From Neoechinorhynchus agilis (taxonomy: Eukaryota; Animalia; Acanthocephala), in contig CM121343.1 of the NCBI GenBank assembly GCA_051530055.1, positions 7,690,044-7,754,043 of the forward strand: 64,000 bases of DNA, given 5' to 3'. The notes under the pieces were generated by a model. It saw only the letters and a list, made by a program, of their open reading frames with translations. It ran no database searches and had not been told where the DNA came from. The position numbers and the translations under genes were made by a program. Position 1 is the first letter of the stretch, and each line of letters opens with the position of its first letter. Of the stretch, positions 1 through 12,016 are shown piece after piece.

Positions 1-592
1 AAATATTTTAGGCTTAGTTTTAATTTTGTAATCGCCATTCGAAATTCAGGAATCCACTCGGCTTGGTGGCTGGAAAGCTACGAGGGTTTTGCATTTGAAA
101 AATCAGTCGTTAACTTAGTGAGCTATATTCGTGATTGAATTTCTTTGATTTGTATTTTTTGCAATCATTTTTAGCTATTGTTTCATTACGACTGTTTTCC
201 GATTGACTCCGAGAAATGTCAATGAATTTGTTTTATCTGTAGGTTTCATCCATATCGTTGGTCCAATGTTCTTTAGGGTGAACTTTCTAGCGGGGTAAAT
301 ATTTTAGGCTTAGTTTTAATTTTGTAATCGCCATTCGAAATTCAGGAATCCACTCGGCTTGGTGGCTGGAAAGCTACGAGGGTTTTGCATTTGAAAAATC
401 AGTCGTTAACTTAGTGAGCTATATTCGTGATTGAATTTCTTTGATTTGTATTTTTTGCAATCATTTTTAGCTTTTGTTTCATTACGACTGTTTTCCGACT
501 GACTCCGACAAATGTCAGTGAATTTGTTTTATCTCTAGGCCTCGAGCATTTCATTGGTCCAATGTTTATTAGGGTGAACTCTTTAGCGAGGT
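1..592. repeat. 296-bp direct tandem repeat, two copies (may continue left of the window)
   Basis: aaatattttaggcttagttttaattttg starts at both 1 and 297. The first ~190 bp are nearly identical and the last third is more diverged. A third unit would begin at 593 but diverges after aaat. Confidence 0.95.
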
Positions 593-854
593 AAATGCTT
601 GAAGCTTTGATAACATTTTCTCTGAAATAATACTTCTTTTATCTATTTCCCAAAACTTAGTATACTTGGAAAGAGGGAAAATAATGGGAACTGAAGTCAA
701 GTTTCATTATTTTTAGAGACATGAATGTTAGTTCTCCCTCACGTTCACCTTTTTCTAGCATGAGGTTACTTAAGTTGCTCCGATCGTTTTATTTTAATGC
801 TCGAAACTTGGTTCTTCTTGAATCTTAAAGATAAAGTCACTTTTTGATGCCGAA

Positions 855-2116
855 ATGAATGAGCTCGCTTTGTCGCTGTTTCACGCTCAATCTGAGCGGG
901 TAGATCAATTAAAGAAAATGGTCGATTCAAAAGTAAAGTGCATATGGGTCCACGGCGATCCAGGAGTCGGAAAAAGCATAATTGTGGACCGCGTAGTTCA
1001 AACCTTAATGAAGTATACGTCTATTTACGTCGATGCAGTTCAATTTCTGGGATCATCTGATCGTTCGATTTTTGGATTTCTCAGTCGGAAAGTACTGAAT
1101 AAGTGCAAGAGGCCGAAATCATGTTCCCTCTCAAGCCTATACACAGCCCTTGAAACCAAAAAGGACATAAAATTCATCTTGATCGTTGAAAATGCTGATC
1201 GATTATCGTTAAGTGCTCTCTCAGTGCTCTCAGATTTACACAATTCGATAGATTATCCACTTTCAATCTAATGTGGTTGGAAATGAATAATAGAAATGCA
1301 CGGAATTTGAGGCGTACTATTTTTGTGTCAAGATTGCACCCGCAATCTATACTCACAAATGAAATCGATGCCGTATCGCGTCTCAACAACATCCTTCATG
1401 TTCCAACACTTTCACTAAAGAAGTTAACAAGCATAATGAATGAAACCGGATCTCAAGGTGAAGAACGTGACAATTTTGTGGCCGTAATTTCCAACATTTT
1501 TTATCCAATCACAGTAAACTTGTTTGCCGTTCATCGTTCACTCGTTGCTATGCTATCGAATGATGCTGCGATCAATTGTGACTGGAATGCTTTGCGCTTT
1601 AAGCTAAAATCACTTCTAGTCGCCAAGGCAAACCGAACATTCAACCTGGAGGATATCCATGAAGCCGCCTATAGATATAACATTTCTTGCTGCTCGAAAT
1701 GCCTGTTAATATCCGCATTCATTGCGTCCCACAATCCCGCAAAAACGGATGCACAGACCTTTGGAAAGTTGCGCCAACCTAACAGCTACACTTTGACTGG
1801 GAAAAGGAGACGTATACGGTACGCCGCATTGGAGTCCAAGCCTCTAAGTAAATGCTCCAAATCAATCGTAACCCTTAATCGCCTTATGAGCATATTTTAC
1901 TCACTCTTAAAATTTTCAAGCGATGAAAATACGCCATGGCCACAACTGCTCGCATCAATCCGCACATTGTGCACATTGAAGCTGATTGAGCAACTGGATG
2001 AAAATTCCAACGAATGTGGACTTGATGAGCCAAAGTACCGGTGTAACATCAGTTACGAAATCGCTTATCAGCTAGGGAAATCTGTGGAGATTAATATTAA
2101 TAACCTTTTGATTTAG
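855..2116 (+). CDS. ORC5: Origin recognition complex subunit 5; two exons 855-1207 and 1252-2116
   Basis: Walker A GDPGVGKS and Walker B ILIVENADRL. C-terminal ORC5 motifs HNPAKTD..F, LNRLMSIFYSL, IRTLCTLKLI and LDEPKYRCNIS. A canonical 44-nt intron (gttaag...cgatag, 1208-1251) joins the two ORFs in frame, giving ~405 aa. Confidence 0.9.
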
Positions 2117-2399
2117 GTTAAGTATAAATTGGACACGTTCAACTATTTTTAGTTATAGTGCCTAGCGGACAATTTGTTGTGCATTCTGAGGGTGATTTGC
2201 CCAATCATGCTGATATCGAGAATATTTCGAATCGAAAGGTACCTTTTAGCGTTATTGCTCTTTTGTCATTATGTAAATAAATTCTACCCAAGAACTGCAA
2301 TTAGTTCAAATAACATGAACATTTGTTTGAGTATAGGAAAATATTAGGTAATTTCCTAACGATTATTAAGGACCCAAGTATGATATATCTTTAAGGTTC

Positions 2400-2900
2400 T
2401 TGTTTCGACTACCAATGCTGAATTGTAGCCGACGTTTACTTCCCAATTTATACGCCTTTTATCGACGAATGATCTTTGTTTTCTGTATTAAGTTGATCAA
2501 ATGGCGCAAGTACAAGTAAATCGACTGGCGTTTCACCTCCCATCAAGTATCTCAGCCAAAATGTTTTTGAACCGATTCGTACGTCCAATACTAGATCACT
2601 GATTGAATTATAAACTGGAAAACTACATCAAGTGTGATTTAAAGGCTACCGGACGCAAGAACGCATTTTATGAGAATTTGTATCGCTTCAAGCACACACA
2701 TTAATATCTGGTGCTTGGATCCATGAAGATTCGTATAGCCTATTAAAATGCCAAAGATTGTATTAGCATTTTTATGCCATCCCTAGCAGGCATTCTTTGT
2801 GACCGTGTTTCGTACAATTTATGCCCTAGATTGCTCAATGTAGTCAATCAAACTAAAAGTGCTTAAATGGCGATTGCTTTTGAAGCATTGTTTACTTTTC
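2400..2900 (+). mobile_element. Possible degenerate LINE RT C-terminal remnant
   Basis: Translation RLAFHLPSSISAKMFLNRFVRPILDH* resembles the CR1/L2 'RL...LP...Y...VRPILDY' region; the sequence is riddled with stops. Confidence 0.3.
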
Positions 2901-3445
2901 CTTTTTCGATATTAAGCCAGTGACACTTCTAAAGCTCAAGCTAGGATTTCTCTAGGGAATTGTGATTGATTTTTTCTATCGCTTTAGCACCTGCGCTGGA
3001 TTTCCCCAATTCTATGCTCATTGAAGGCGTTTTTAAACCACCATTTTTCCGTCTACTGCTGTTTGTTCGATATCCCGTAGGCATCTTGGAGTTTGCGAAG
3101 TGCCTTTTCATAATTTTTAAGTGCTCTGATTTTATTAACGCGGACGTTTGCTGTTCATTGAAATGCTTTTGTAGTACACGAGATATAGTTACTCGCTGGC
3201 CACAATCTATTTTCCATTGAGTTACTGGGTTAAAACTGAGCAAATAATTCTTGTAATTCGTGCAAAATCAATCGCTCAGTAAATTTTACTAGTTTATCAC
3301 ACATCGAATGTTCATCATTGTGAAATTCACTTATTCGATCTTAAAGATATTATCCTTATCCACCATAAAGCCTGATCATTCGCAAACGACGAAGTCCTAT
3401 GTGTATATATTTTTTCATGCAGGATCACATTCGGGTGGAAATATA

Positions 3446-3950
3446 TTCTTGTTGAGCGGTTCAAACCCCGAGAAGTGTTTTGATGTTATTTAATTTTTCG
3501 TGGACAGAATCCACCTTTTCAGATATCTACAAAAATTGGTTATTTGATGGGTTAACTTAGACGCAGGAGCGCGGGTTTGCCGTACAAGTGGTTCGGGGAG
3601 CTAATTTCCGCTCGGCTTATTTTCAGGACCAATTCATTGATTGGGAGTGCGAGGCTGAAATTCGCCTTGTTTCCCTCCATTGTCCGGTTCGTTGAAATGT
3701 GTATGGCATCATACACGAGTCTCCGCCTCAAATTTACTTCAGCCATAATCAGAGCAGCAGCGTCAAAGTCGACTGGGGGTTCGAGCGGACATTAACTCCC
3801 CGAACCACGGGTACGGCAAACCCGCGCTCCTGAGTCTAAGGTAACCCATAAAATAACCAATTCTTGTAGATGTTTGAAGAGGTGGATTCTGTCCACGAAA
3901 AATTAACTAAGATCAAACTACTTCTCGGGGTTTGAACCGCTCAACAAGAA
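3446..3950 (-). mobile_element. Penelope-like element 3' fragment flanked by inverted pseudo-LTRs
   Basis: ~168-bp inverted arms at 3446-3614 and 3782-3950, mostly identical by eye. The spacer encodes EVNLRRRLVYDAIHISTNRTMEGNKANFSL, homologous to the GIY-YIG C-terminus at 39149-39331. Confidence 0.8.
3868..3915 (+). ncRNA. Hammerhead-ribozyme-like motif in a PLE pLTR (mirror copy at 3481-3527 on the - strand)
   Basis: TTGAAGA-G-GTGGA(TTCTG)TCCAC-GAAA. The mirror copy reads CTGAAAA-G with the same stem and GAAA. Each copy has one core substitution. Confidence 0.5.
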
Positions 3951-5099
3951 CAAGTATATATTTTTTGTCGAAGATAATTTCATCCGCGAGATCTTTAAAA
4001 AATCATATTTTAAATGTTAGTCCTCGTCCTTATTTCTTCACTACTTTAATTGAATTTCGTGAATGGGAAATAACAATATCTTTATGTCAACATGCTGATT
4101 TTGATTATTATTATTATTATCTAAAAGCAGTTTTGACCCAAGCGCATGCCACTGTCCTTTGCATTGTTATTGGTGAATTAATTTCAGAAATTGAAGATTA
4201 ACGAATGCGATACTTTAGCATTGCAGTTTAAATAAAGTCGATAAAAAGCTCGCACAAGTATCCATGCTTTAAAGAATGAAAGATAATTGTTTTTTAATTT
4301 TCGTTAATTCAGAAGGATAAATTTTCGAAAAATCAAAATAGCAAATTAATGCCTGTTTGCAAAGCCAAGTTTTCTGCTATTCGAAAGTAGTAGGTAAAAT
4401 CTTGTAGTAAAAGAGCAACGTCTTAGAACACCGAATTCTTCTTTGAGTTTGTTGCTGTTTTCTCGGAATGTTCTACTCACGACCCGCGTTAACCTTGAAA
4501 AGATTTTTTCTAATTGAGTTTGCTTGTGTCTAGATTGATTTTGTTGGGTTTTTTGTTTGCATGATTGATATCGAAGTTCCGCCGGGTAGACAAGGGGAAA
4601 AGAAACACTGTCTTCCAATCGCAAAAAGATTAATTTATGCACGGCATCTGAAGTCGCTATTGTGTGTATATGGAGGATACATGTCTTATTCTCTCGATGG
4701 ATGTGGTATAACGAAGCCAACAGCTAAGGTCGCGCGCACGCCGGGAATGCAAGGTAATTTCTGGTGTGTTACTTTGTGTGGTGGAACGAGACAGCTCATC
4801 ATGTGAAAATCGTCATAATCAGGTTAGGCACATTCTGCACCTCATGCCAGTCTCCTTTTATACAAGCATCAGAAATACTCTAGACATTGGTGCTGCTGCT
4901 GACACATTATTTATACTCCACACTTTTTCCGCTTGCTACATCGTCTTGGAAGTTCGAAATCCTTCGATATTTTTGCTCATCCTTATTCCCTCTTTTATAT
5001 ACAGAAAGAGAGACTACTGATTCGTCCGCATGGTCACGACTTTTCTTTAAGTTGGAGAGGATAGGTTAGCAGCATAAACGACAATCAAACACACATATA

Positions 5100-8000
5100 A
5101 TGACGACGGCAAAATATCAACTACTGTTGGTATTGAACGTTTTACTGGTTTATGCTAAGCTCCTAAACCACCGGCACCATTACTCAGGTTCGAAATCACT
5201 TCCTTTTTCCAATCTCGCTTCATTTAACAATCTGTCACTCAGAATTAATCGATCTTATTGATCCACAACCCATTTCACAATCGGGGTCTGCTAGTCTAGT
5301 ATTGGGATCTACACAAAATAAGTGCCAAGACCAATCATGTTATCTCCAAAAAAGCAATATAGGAAGACTTGATTTGGTAGAATCATTGGCTAAGGCAAAC
5401 TACGATCTTAACGCCGTCAGATTTGAACCTATGCTTCTACCTTACTCGGATTCAGTTCAGTACGCCAAATCTCACGAAAGTGAGTAACCATTGTTCATTC
5501 ACCATTTGGTTGCTAAGTCATTGAACACCGTAGCTCTTCCTCAAAAATTCTTTTTGGCTGTAACACTACGTCAAGCCGTTGGCACCAATGGTAGCGTTTT
5601 CTCCATTGTCGATAATAAACAATCGTATAATTGGCACCTACGCACCGGTGATTACATCCTCCTGTCTCTCAAGTTGATCAATGGCGACGGTAAGATAAAT
5701 ACCGAAACATTGAGATTTAATTACTCGATAAATGACGGAATGTAAGTAATTGAAGTCATAAGGATATTAGCGTTTATAAAACTTAGGTGGCACCATTTGT
5801 CCTTCAAATTTGATGGATCAAACAATGTTCAACTGTATGACAACCAAAAGATCGTGGCATCAGGAAAATTTTCCGAGAATTTTTCACCTGATAGCCTCGC
5901 TTCTGTTGGTGAAAATGCGCTGCTTACATCGGACGCAAGTGAAGGGGATCGATTCTGGGTACGCCGTATCAACGACCCGTGATAAAATATATAGTTTTTA
6001 TAGGGAGATGTTGAGGAAATTCGCTTTGTCGCTGACATTCGTGGTGCAGAAGTTTATGGAGCTCAGGAATCAGATTTATTTACGGAATCCCTCAAATCGA
6101 AGGCATGACTTATTGAAAAGTCTATTAAACCGGAATCAATATACAATTTAGAGAGATGATGACAGTGAAGAGGAATCTTATAGACCAGAAATTCTTGTAT
6201 CCGAAAGTGTGGGATCACCAGGACCTCCAGGTCCACAAGGTCCACCCGGAGAACCAGTTAGTTACAGGTCAATGTGAAATGTACTATAATTAATTTTAAA
6301 GGGAGATGTTGGCCCAACCGGACCAAAGGGAGTTGTTGGCGCATCTGGGAAACCTGGCAACGTTATTGTCATCCCGGTATGAACATCTATACGTATGTTG
6401 ATCTTATTTAAATTGTCATTGCAGTTTCCTCAATTGGATGAGAAGGGCCCCAGTGGACAGGTTGCAAGTTTTCAGGCAATGATAACCAATCAAATGGTAG
6501 GATCCACTTTATCGCAGAAAATTATATAATTCTGAGTAGCAAAGCTTGAGGGGTCTACAGGGTCCAGTCGGCAGACAAGGGCCACCCGGTCCAATGGTAA
6601 ACTGACAGTGAATCATTCCAGCAAAAACTTCGTATTTGTACAGGGAAGGACCGGTCCGCCAGGACCAAAAGGTGTTGAAGGTGAACAAGGAGTAAGCGGT
6701 CAACCAGGGCCTGTCGGCGAACCGGGGTCTCCTGGAAAACGCGGAGAAAGGGTTTGTATTCAGTAACTACCAACATAACAAGAGAAAGATTTTAGGGTTC
6801 TCCAGGCCGAGACGGCGAAAGAGGCATAACAGGTTCTACAGGACCGAAAGGAGAAAGAGGGTTTCAGGGTATACCTGGATTACCGGGTCAAAAGGGCGAT
6901 CGTGTATGCAACTTACAACCTTCGTGATTCAATCAATATTTGCGTATTTAGGGTTTTCCTGGACAAGATGGAGAGAGGGGCGAACCGGGTCCCGTTGGAA
7001 GAACAGGTCCGGCTGGCGCGGAAGGACCAATGGGACCAACAGGCGAAGCGGGACCACGAGGCCCTGTAGGACCGAAGGGACCTGCAGGAACCCAAGGGCC
7101 ACCCGTATGTCGTTTCTGACTATTTCCAATTTATTTATAAATGCTTGCATAGGGTCCCCCAGGTGCGGACGGACCGATGGGTATAAAGGGGAATGATGTA
7201 AGTACCTACTAGTTAAACACTTAGTTAACTGAAACAAAAGGGCGCTCCTGGAACTCCGGGACGAGTGGGTGCTACTGGCCAACGGGGTCCACGAGGTCCC
7301 CCTGGTGCACCTGGACCGATAGGACAATCTGGTGTAATGGTGAGAGGAAGATTCATAATTTTCCCAGCCATTTTATCATTTATCTTATTTAGGGGCCTCC
7401 CGGGGAACCAGGAAGTCCTGGTTTGCCTGGACCGGAAGGACCAATGGGTCCACCTGGTGAAACTGGTGAACCTGGCAACAAAGGTGATCAAGGCCAAGAT
7501 GGTCAGCGAGGGGCTCCTGGTTTCCCTGGTCCAAGCGGAACAAAGGGTGATCAAGGACCTCAAGGTCAAAGAGGAGAAAAGGGTGAAACAGTTAGTTCAT
7601 CTAGAGTATCAATAGTTTTCAATAATGGCATTTTAGGGAAGAACTGGAGCTCCAGGAATGAAAGGAGAAGTTGGCCCTCGTGGTGAAGTTGGAGAACATG
7701 GTGTAAAAGGTGTTGCTGGGCCACCAGGGGCTCAAGGTGCAAAGGGTCAAGACGGACCTAGAGGAGACAGTGGACCTCCGGGGCCACCTGGAACGAAGGT
7801 AGTATTTTATTTTCATGCCGAAGTTGTGGAACGCTTTATGTAGGGAAAGACAGGCTTACCCGGATTTCCGGGATTACCCGGTCCTCAAGGTGATAAAGGC
7901 TCACGCGGAAAGCCTGGTGCTTTCGGTCGTACCGGAGAAAAGGGATCTAGGGGCCCGAGAGGAGGCCCTGGGGAGCCAGGGGAACCTGGTCCACAAGTAA

Positions 8001-11000
8001 ATAATAATTTTCATGTGCAATGATATCCAAACATTTGCCAAAGGGATTAATTGGAGAGCGCGGTGTACCCGGTTCCATAGGATCAAGCGGACCGAAAGGT
8101 GATGTCGGTGCGACTGGACAGCCTGGACCTACTGGACCTATTGGAATGCAGGGCCCACCTGGTCCGCCCGGATTTCAAGGTCTTCCTGGTCCCATGGTAA
8201 TCTGGATAGTTCTAATTGAATATCTTACATAGATATTTATAGGGTTTTACTGGCACGGATGGCCCGCCTGGTCCTATTGGCGAAAGAGGTGAACCGGGGC
8301 CAATCGGTCCCACTGGACCACCTGGTCCAACCGGTCAGATCGGTCCTCAGGTATGGACTAGTTTGCTTATCCCTAAATTTGAAAATGATGACCTTTGAGG
8401 GCACACGGGGAGAAACAGGACCACAAGGAGAAGCAGGACCACAAGGCGTCCCTGGGCCTGCAGGACCTGACGGTTTCCCAGGCCCTCCAGGCAAGCGAGG
8501 TGAAAGAGGAGAAACAGGACCCAATGGTCCTCACGGCCCACCTGGTCCTACCGGTGCTCAAGGATTTCCAGGAGAGAGAGGTTATCCTGGCTCTCCGGGA
8601 GTTTCAGGTGACAAAGGAGACATGGGGCCACCAGGACCACCAGGGCCGGCGGTAAGATTATATTTAACACAGGCACTTTATATAGTCATTTTGTTAGGGT
8701 ATCAAAGGAGAGCGAGGCGAACCCGGAAAGATGGGTCTACCTGGATCGCAAGGTCCAATAGGGCCCCCGGGACCTCTTGGTCCTCAAGGTCATAAAGGCG
8801 ATCAGGTAAAATCTTTTAAGCCTCGTTAGACTGAAACTAGCAGCTTACAGGGAGAGGAAGGTCAACCTGGTCAACAAGGTCCAGACGGACCACAAGGTGC
8901 GCGAGGCCCTCCTGGTATGAGAGGACCTACAGGGAGACGAGGGCTGGATGGTGAAAAGGGAGATAGAGGTGAAGCCGGTATCAAGGGGATAAGAGGAAAT
9001 CCTGGTAGACCGGTAGGATTTGACTTTAGTTTGGCCTGATAACCATTACAAGTTTTCTAGGGATCGCGAGGACTTCGAGGTGCCCCAGGTAGTCGTGGAG
9101 AACCAGGAGCACAAGGTCCAACAGGTGAACCTGGTGCTCAGGGGTTACCAGGACCCATTGGACCGCCGGTAGGAACACTTGTTGCATTTGCGCGCCACGG
9201 ACATCATTTGAAACTAGGGCTCAGATGGTAAACGAGGTCCACCTGGACCGGCAGGTAGTGCTGGTCGACAAGGGCTGCAGGGTATTCAGGGAGCAAAAGG
9301 CGATCGAGGTGATGATGGTCCCAGGGTAAATTTATTTCGCGACAGCATTATGTTTCATGCTAATGTGGAGTAGGGACCAACAGGTCAGCAAGGACCTTCT
9401 GGTCCTCGCGGACTACCTGGCCGAGATGGAAAGACAGGTCCTGTGGGACCATCTGGACCCGAAGGCGCTGCTGGTGAAAAGGGTGAGCCAGGTTTAAGAG
9501 GTGAACGAGGAGCAGATGGGCGCGATGGTCAACCGGTGAGAATACCAATTTAGAGGGTCTCTCCTTAAATCTCATTGTTCGCTTTAAGGGGCCACAAGGA
9601 ACCGTAGGTCCGAAAGGTGATATGGGTCCGCCCGGAAATCCGGGTGAGCAAGGGAAACCCGGGCCAGTTGGAATACAGGGACAAAAGGGACATATGGTTT
9701 GAATTTAGTATTTATGATAATTATCGATAGCTTCATCTAAAAGGGTCATCTTGGATTGCCTGGATCTGCTGGGCCACCTGGACCTCCTGGTCAAAAAGGA
9801 GATGCAGGGCCACGAGGCGTTCCTGGTAGGGACGGTGAAAAGGGGGCAGACGTGAGTTTTATAAGGAAATGTTGAACCAGTAATCGTTTTTAATAAAAGG
9901 GTCCAAGCGGTCCACCTGGAGAAGCTGGTCCACCTGGTGCTCGTGGCAGGACGGTATGTCATTTTCAGAGATTCTAAAATCTATTCAAGGAGCAGGGAAG
10001 CTCTGGAATACCGGGTTTGCCCGGTCAGACAGGAGAAACAGGACCAAAGGGTGAACGTGGACAACCTGGTCCTCAAGGTGCCCCTGGACCTGCCGGAAAA
10101 GTTGTATGTACATATGATCAACTTTGAACGGAAATTTAGAATGAATATAGGGCACGCGTGGTGCGGATGGACCTCCTGGTATGCCTGGTCCAGTTGGACC
10201 GGTTGGCCCACAGGGTCCGATTGGTCCTCCGGGACCAGCTGGTGAGCCTGGACAGCAGGTAATGGAATTAACATTAAGGTGCTGAGTCGCATTCTATCGC
10301 TTAGGGTGCTGCCGGCTTAACTGGACCAAAGGGATCCGCTGGTCCAAGAGGCTTAAAGGTATAAATCTACGAAAAACATTTGTCTCACATAAGTGCTTTA
10401 TAGGGTCATCCGGGATCTACCGGTGTTCCTGGTGCAGTTGGAGAGACTGGATCAAAAGGAGACAAGGGAAATCGTGGGCCGCTAGGACCCGTCGGTGATA
10501 AGGGAGATCAAGGGCCTCCTGGACCTTCTGGTCTTCAAGGACCCTCGGGTACATCTGGGATGCCTGGCCCACCCGGCCTTGGCGGACCCAAAGGAGTTAT
10601 GGTATGATTGATAGCAATATTTGGATACCGAGACTGATTGAAATGTTACTTAGGGCCCTACAGGCATCAAAGGAGATCAAGGTCCACCTGGTCAACCTGG
10701 ATCTCCTGGACCCGCATGTGATCCTGTCTTGCCTGCTGACCTATCTCAATTCCAAATATATCAAGAAAAGGGACCAACGAGGCGCAGCCGGCGTGATGCC
10801 AAGACATCTATCAATGTTGAAGTGCTTAATGATAAAAAGGCTCCAACCAATGGACATTCTGTTCTTTTGACTAAGATTATTGGTGTTTTAAATGACATGT
10901 CGAAGCAATTGGATTCCTTAGAAAACCCTACAGGAAATAGGAGCGATCCGCTTTCGTCTTGCAAGGATTTAAATCCTTCAAGTCCTGGAGGTAAGAAAAT

Positions 11001-12016
11001 CGATTTCTGCCTGTAAAGCTAAACTACGCGATTTACGTTAAAAGGGAGATATTGGATTGATCCAAATTTGGGTAGTCGTCATGATGCCTTTGAAGCAACA
11101 TGTGTAAAGCATGAGCAGACGTTTAAGACGTGTATTGATGTAGTGGACGAATTCAAGTCAGTCGGATTGTTCAGCTATAACAAAGTTGGATCTCAAAAGC
11201 CTTTTAGCCAATTATATCAGCGAAGGGTGAGTGCACCATCAAGAAATGTAAATTATTCCTTGTGCACTTACTTTAGAGTCAACAATCACCAAGAACAGTA
11301 AGTTTTATTTTCGATCTAAAAATTCTTTTCGCATACAGTTTAAGATTTCATTTTCCGTGTGATTTTGTATAGCGCCTCTTAACATTTTTGAATGCCTCTC
11401 TTCCAAAAATTCAAGAATAGTCAAGCCTGCATCAACTTCGTTTGTCGTTTTTTTGTCTTCACTAACCTGAGTTCTATTTAGGAAAAGCTGCTTTCTGTTA
11501 AAATCTTCTTTAACGGGATGATAATAGTATTTTGATGAAGGCATACCCATTTTTTGGTTCAATTTTAATATTTTATCAATGGTTTATTTTTTTCGTGATC
11601 GCTAAGCAACCGTTTTTAGTTTCACTACGATGCGCCGGCATCCCAATTAAGTTTTCTGCAACTGTTGAGTCACCAAATCGAACAAGATTTTTTGTACAAG
11701 TGCGAAAATAGCAAACTTTCAAATGGCAAAGAATCACTATCATTTGTGTCTCTGGATGACTATACATGGGATTATAGAGATGGAAAGGACGATGTAGTTG
11801 TCAACGATGGTTGTGCAAAGGTACTGACTGCACTTGATTAAGCACATTTATTCTGCTATAATTGAAACCTAACCGTTTTAGGGTCTTAAGGAATCTTCAT
11901 TTATTGTAAGAACCAGTAATGGCCGATTGCTGCCAATTGTCGACTTTTTACCCGCTGATTACGGAGACAATGGACAGAAAATAGGCTACCAGCTAGGACC
12001 TGTCTGTTTCAATTAA
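5100..12016 (+). CDS. Fibrillar collagen alpha chain, clade B (COL5/COL11-like): signal peptide, TSPN/LamG domain, Gly-X-Y helix, COLFI propeptide
   Basis: ATG at 5100 with a signal peptide ([19 protein letters not shown]). TSPN motifs [12 protein letters not shown] and [10 protein letters not shown]. Minor helix plus linker NVIVIP-F...EKGP. Gly-X-Y exons span ~6215-10716. Furin-like site RRSRR. COLFI motifs [17 protein letters not shown] and DGC, ending [10 protein letters not shown]. About 36 introns, mostly 40-60 nt. Confidence 0.95.
11305..11550 (-). CDS. Candidate nested small ORF (~81 aa from the ATG) antisense in a collagen intron
   Basis: Uninterrupted [15 protein letters not shown]...MRKEFLDRK* fills most of the only long collagen intron (11298-11619). 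No family recognised. Confidence 0.35.
   Translation of the reverse strand: MGMPSSKYYYHPVKEDFNRKQLFLNRTQVSEDKKTTNEVDAGLTILEFLEERHSKMLRGAIQNHTENEILNCMRKEFLDRK

Noticed and set aside
1-592. Repeat as a CRISPR array, spliced-leader RNA or 5S/tRNA cluster
   Set aside because: The unit is 296 bp with no repeat-spacer structure and the context is eukaryotic. No recognisable SL, 5S or tRNA sequence.
1200-1320. ORC5 appears as two ORFs overlapping at TAATG (1269-1273), suggesting translational coupling, frameshifting or a non-canonical (CT-AG or AT-AC) intron
   Set aside because: A canonical 44-nt GT-AG intron (1208-1251) of typical size joins the frames and gives an ORC5-like spacing (ADRLSLSTFNLM...RNLRRTIFVS). 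This is more parsimonious, although only RNA data can fully exclude the alternative.
4346-5069. Several 60-124 aa ORFs upstream of the collagen start
   Set aside because: No consistent exon chain or domain could be built; they may be UTR or promoter sequence.
6500-10900. Many overlapping ORFs on both strands across the collagen gene
   Set aside because: By-products of GC-rich Gly-X-Y codons and read-through of short introns; no independent protein signal.
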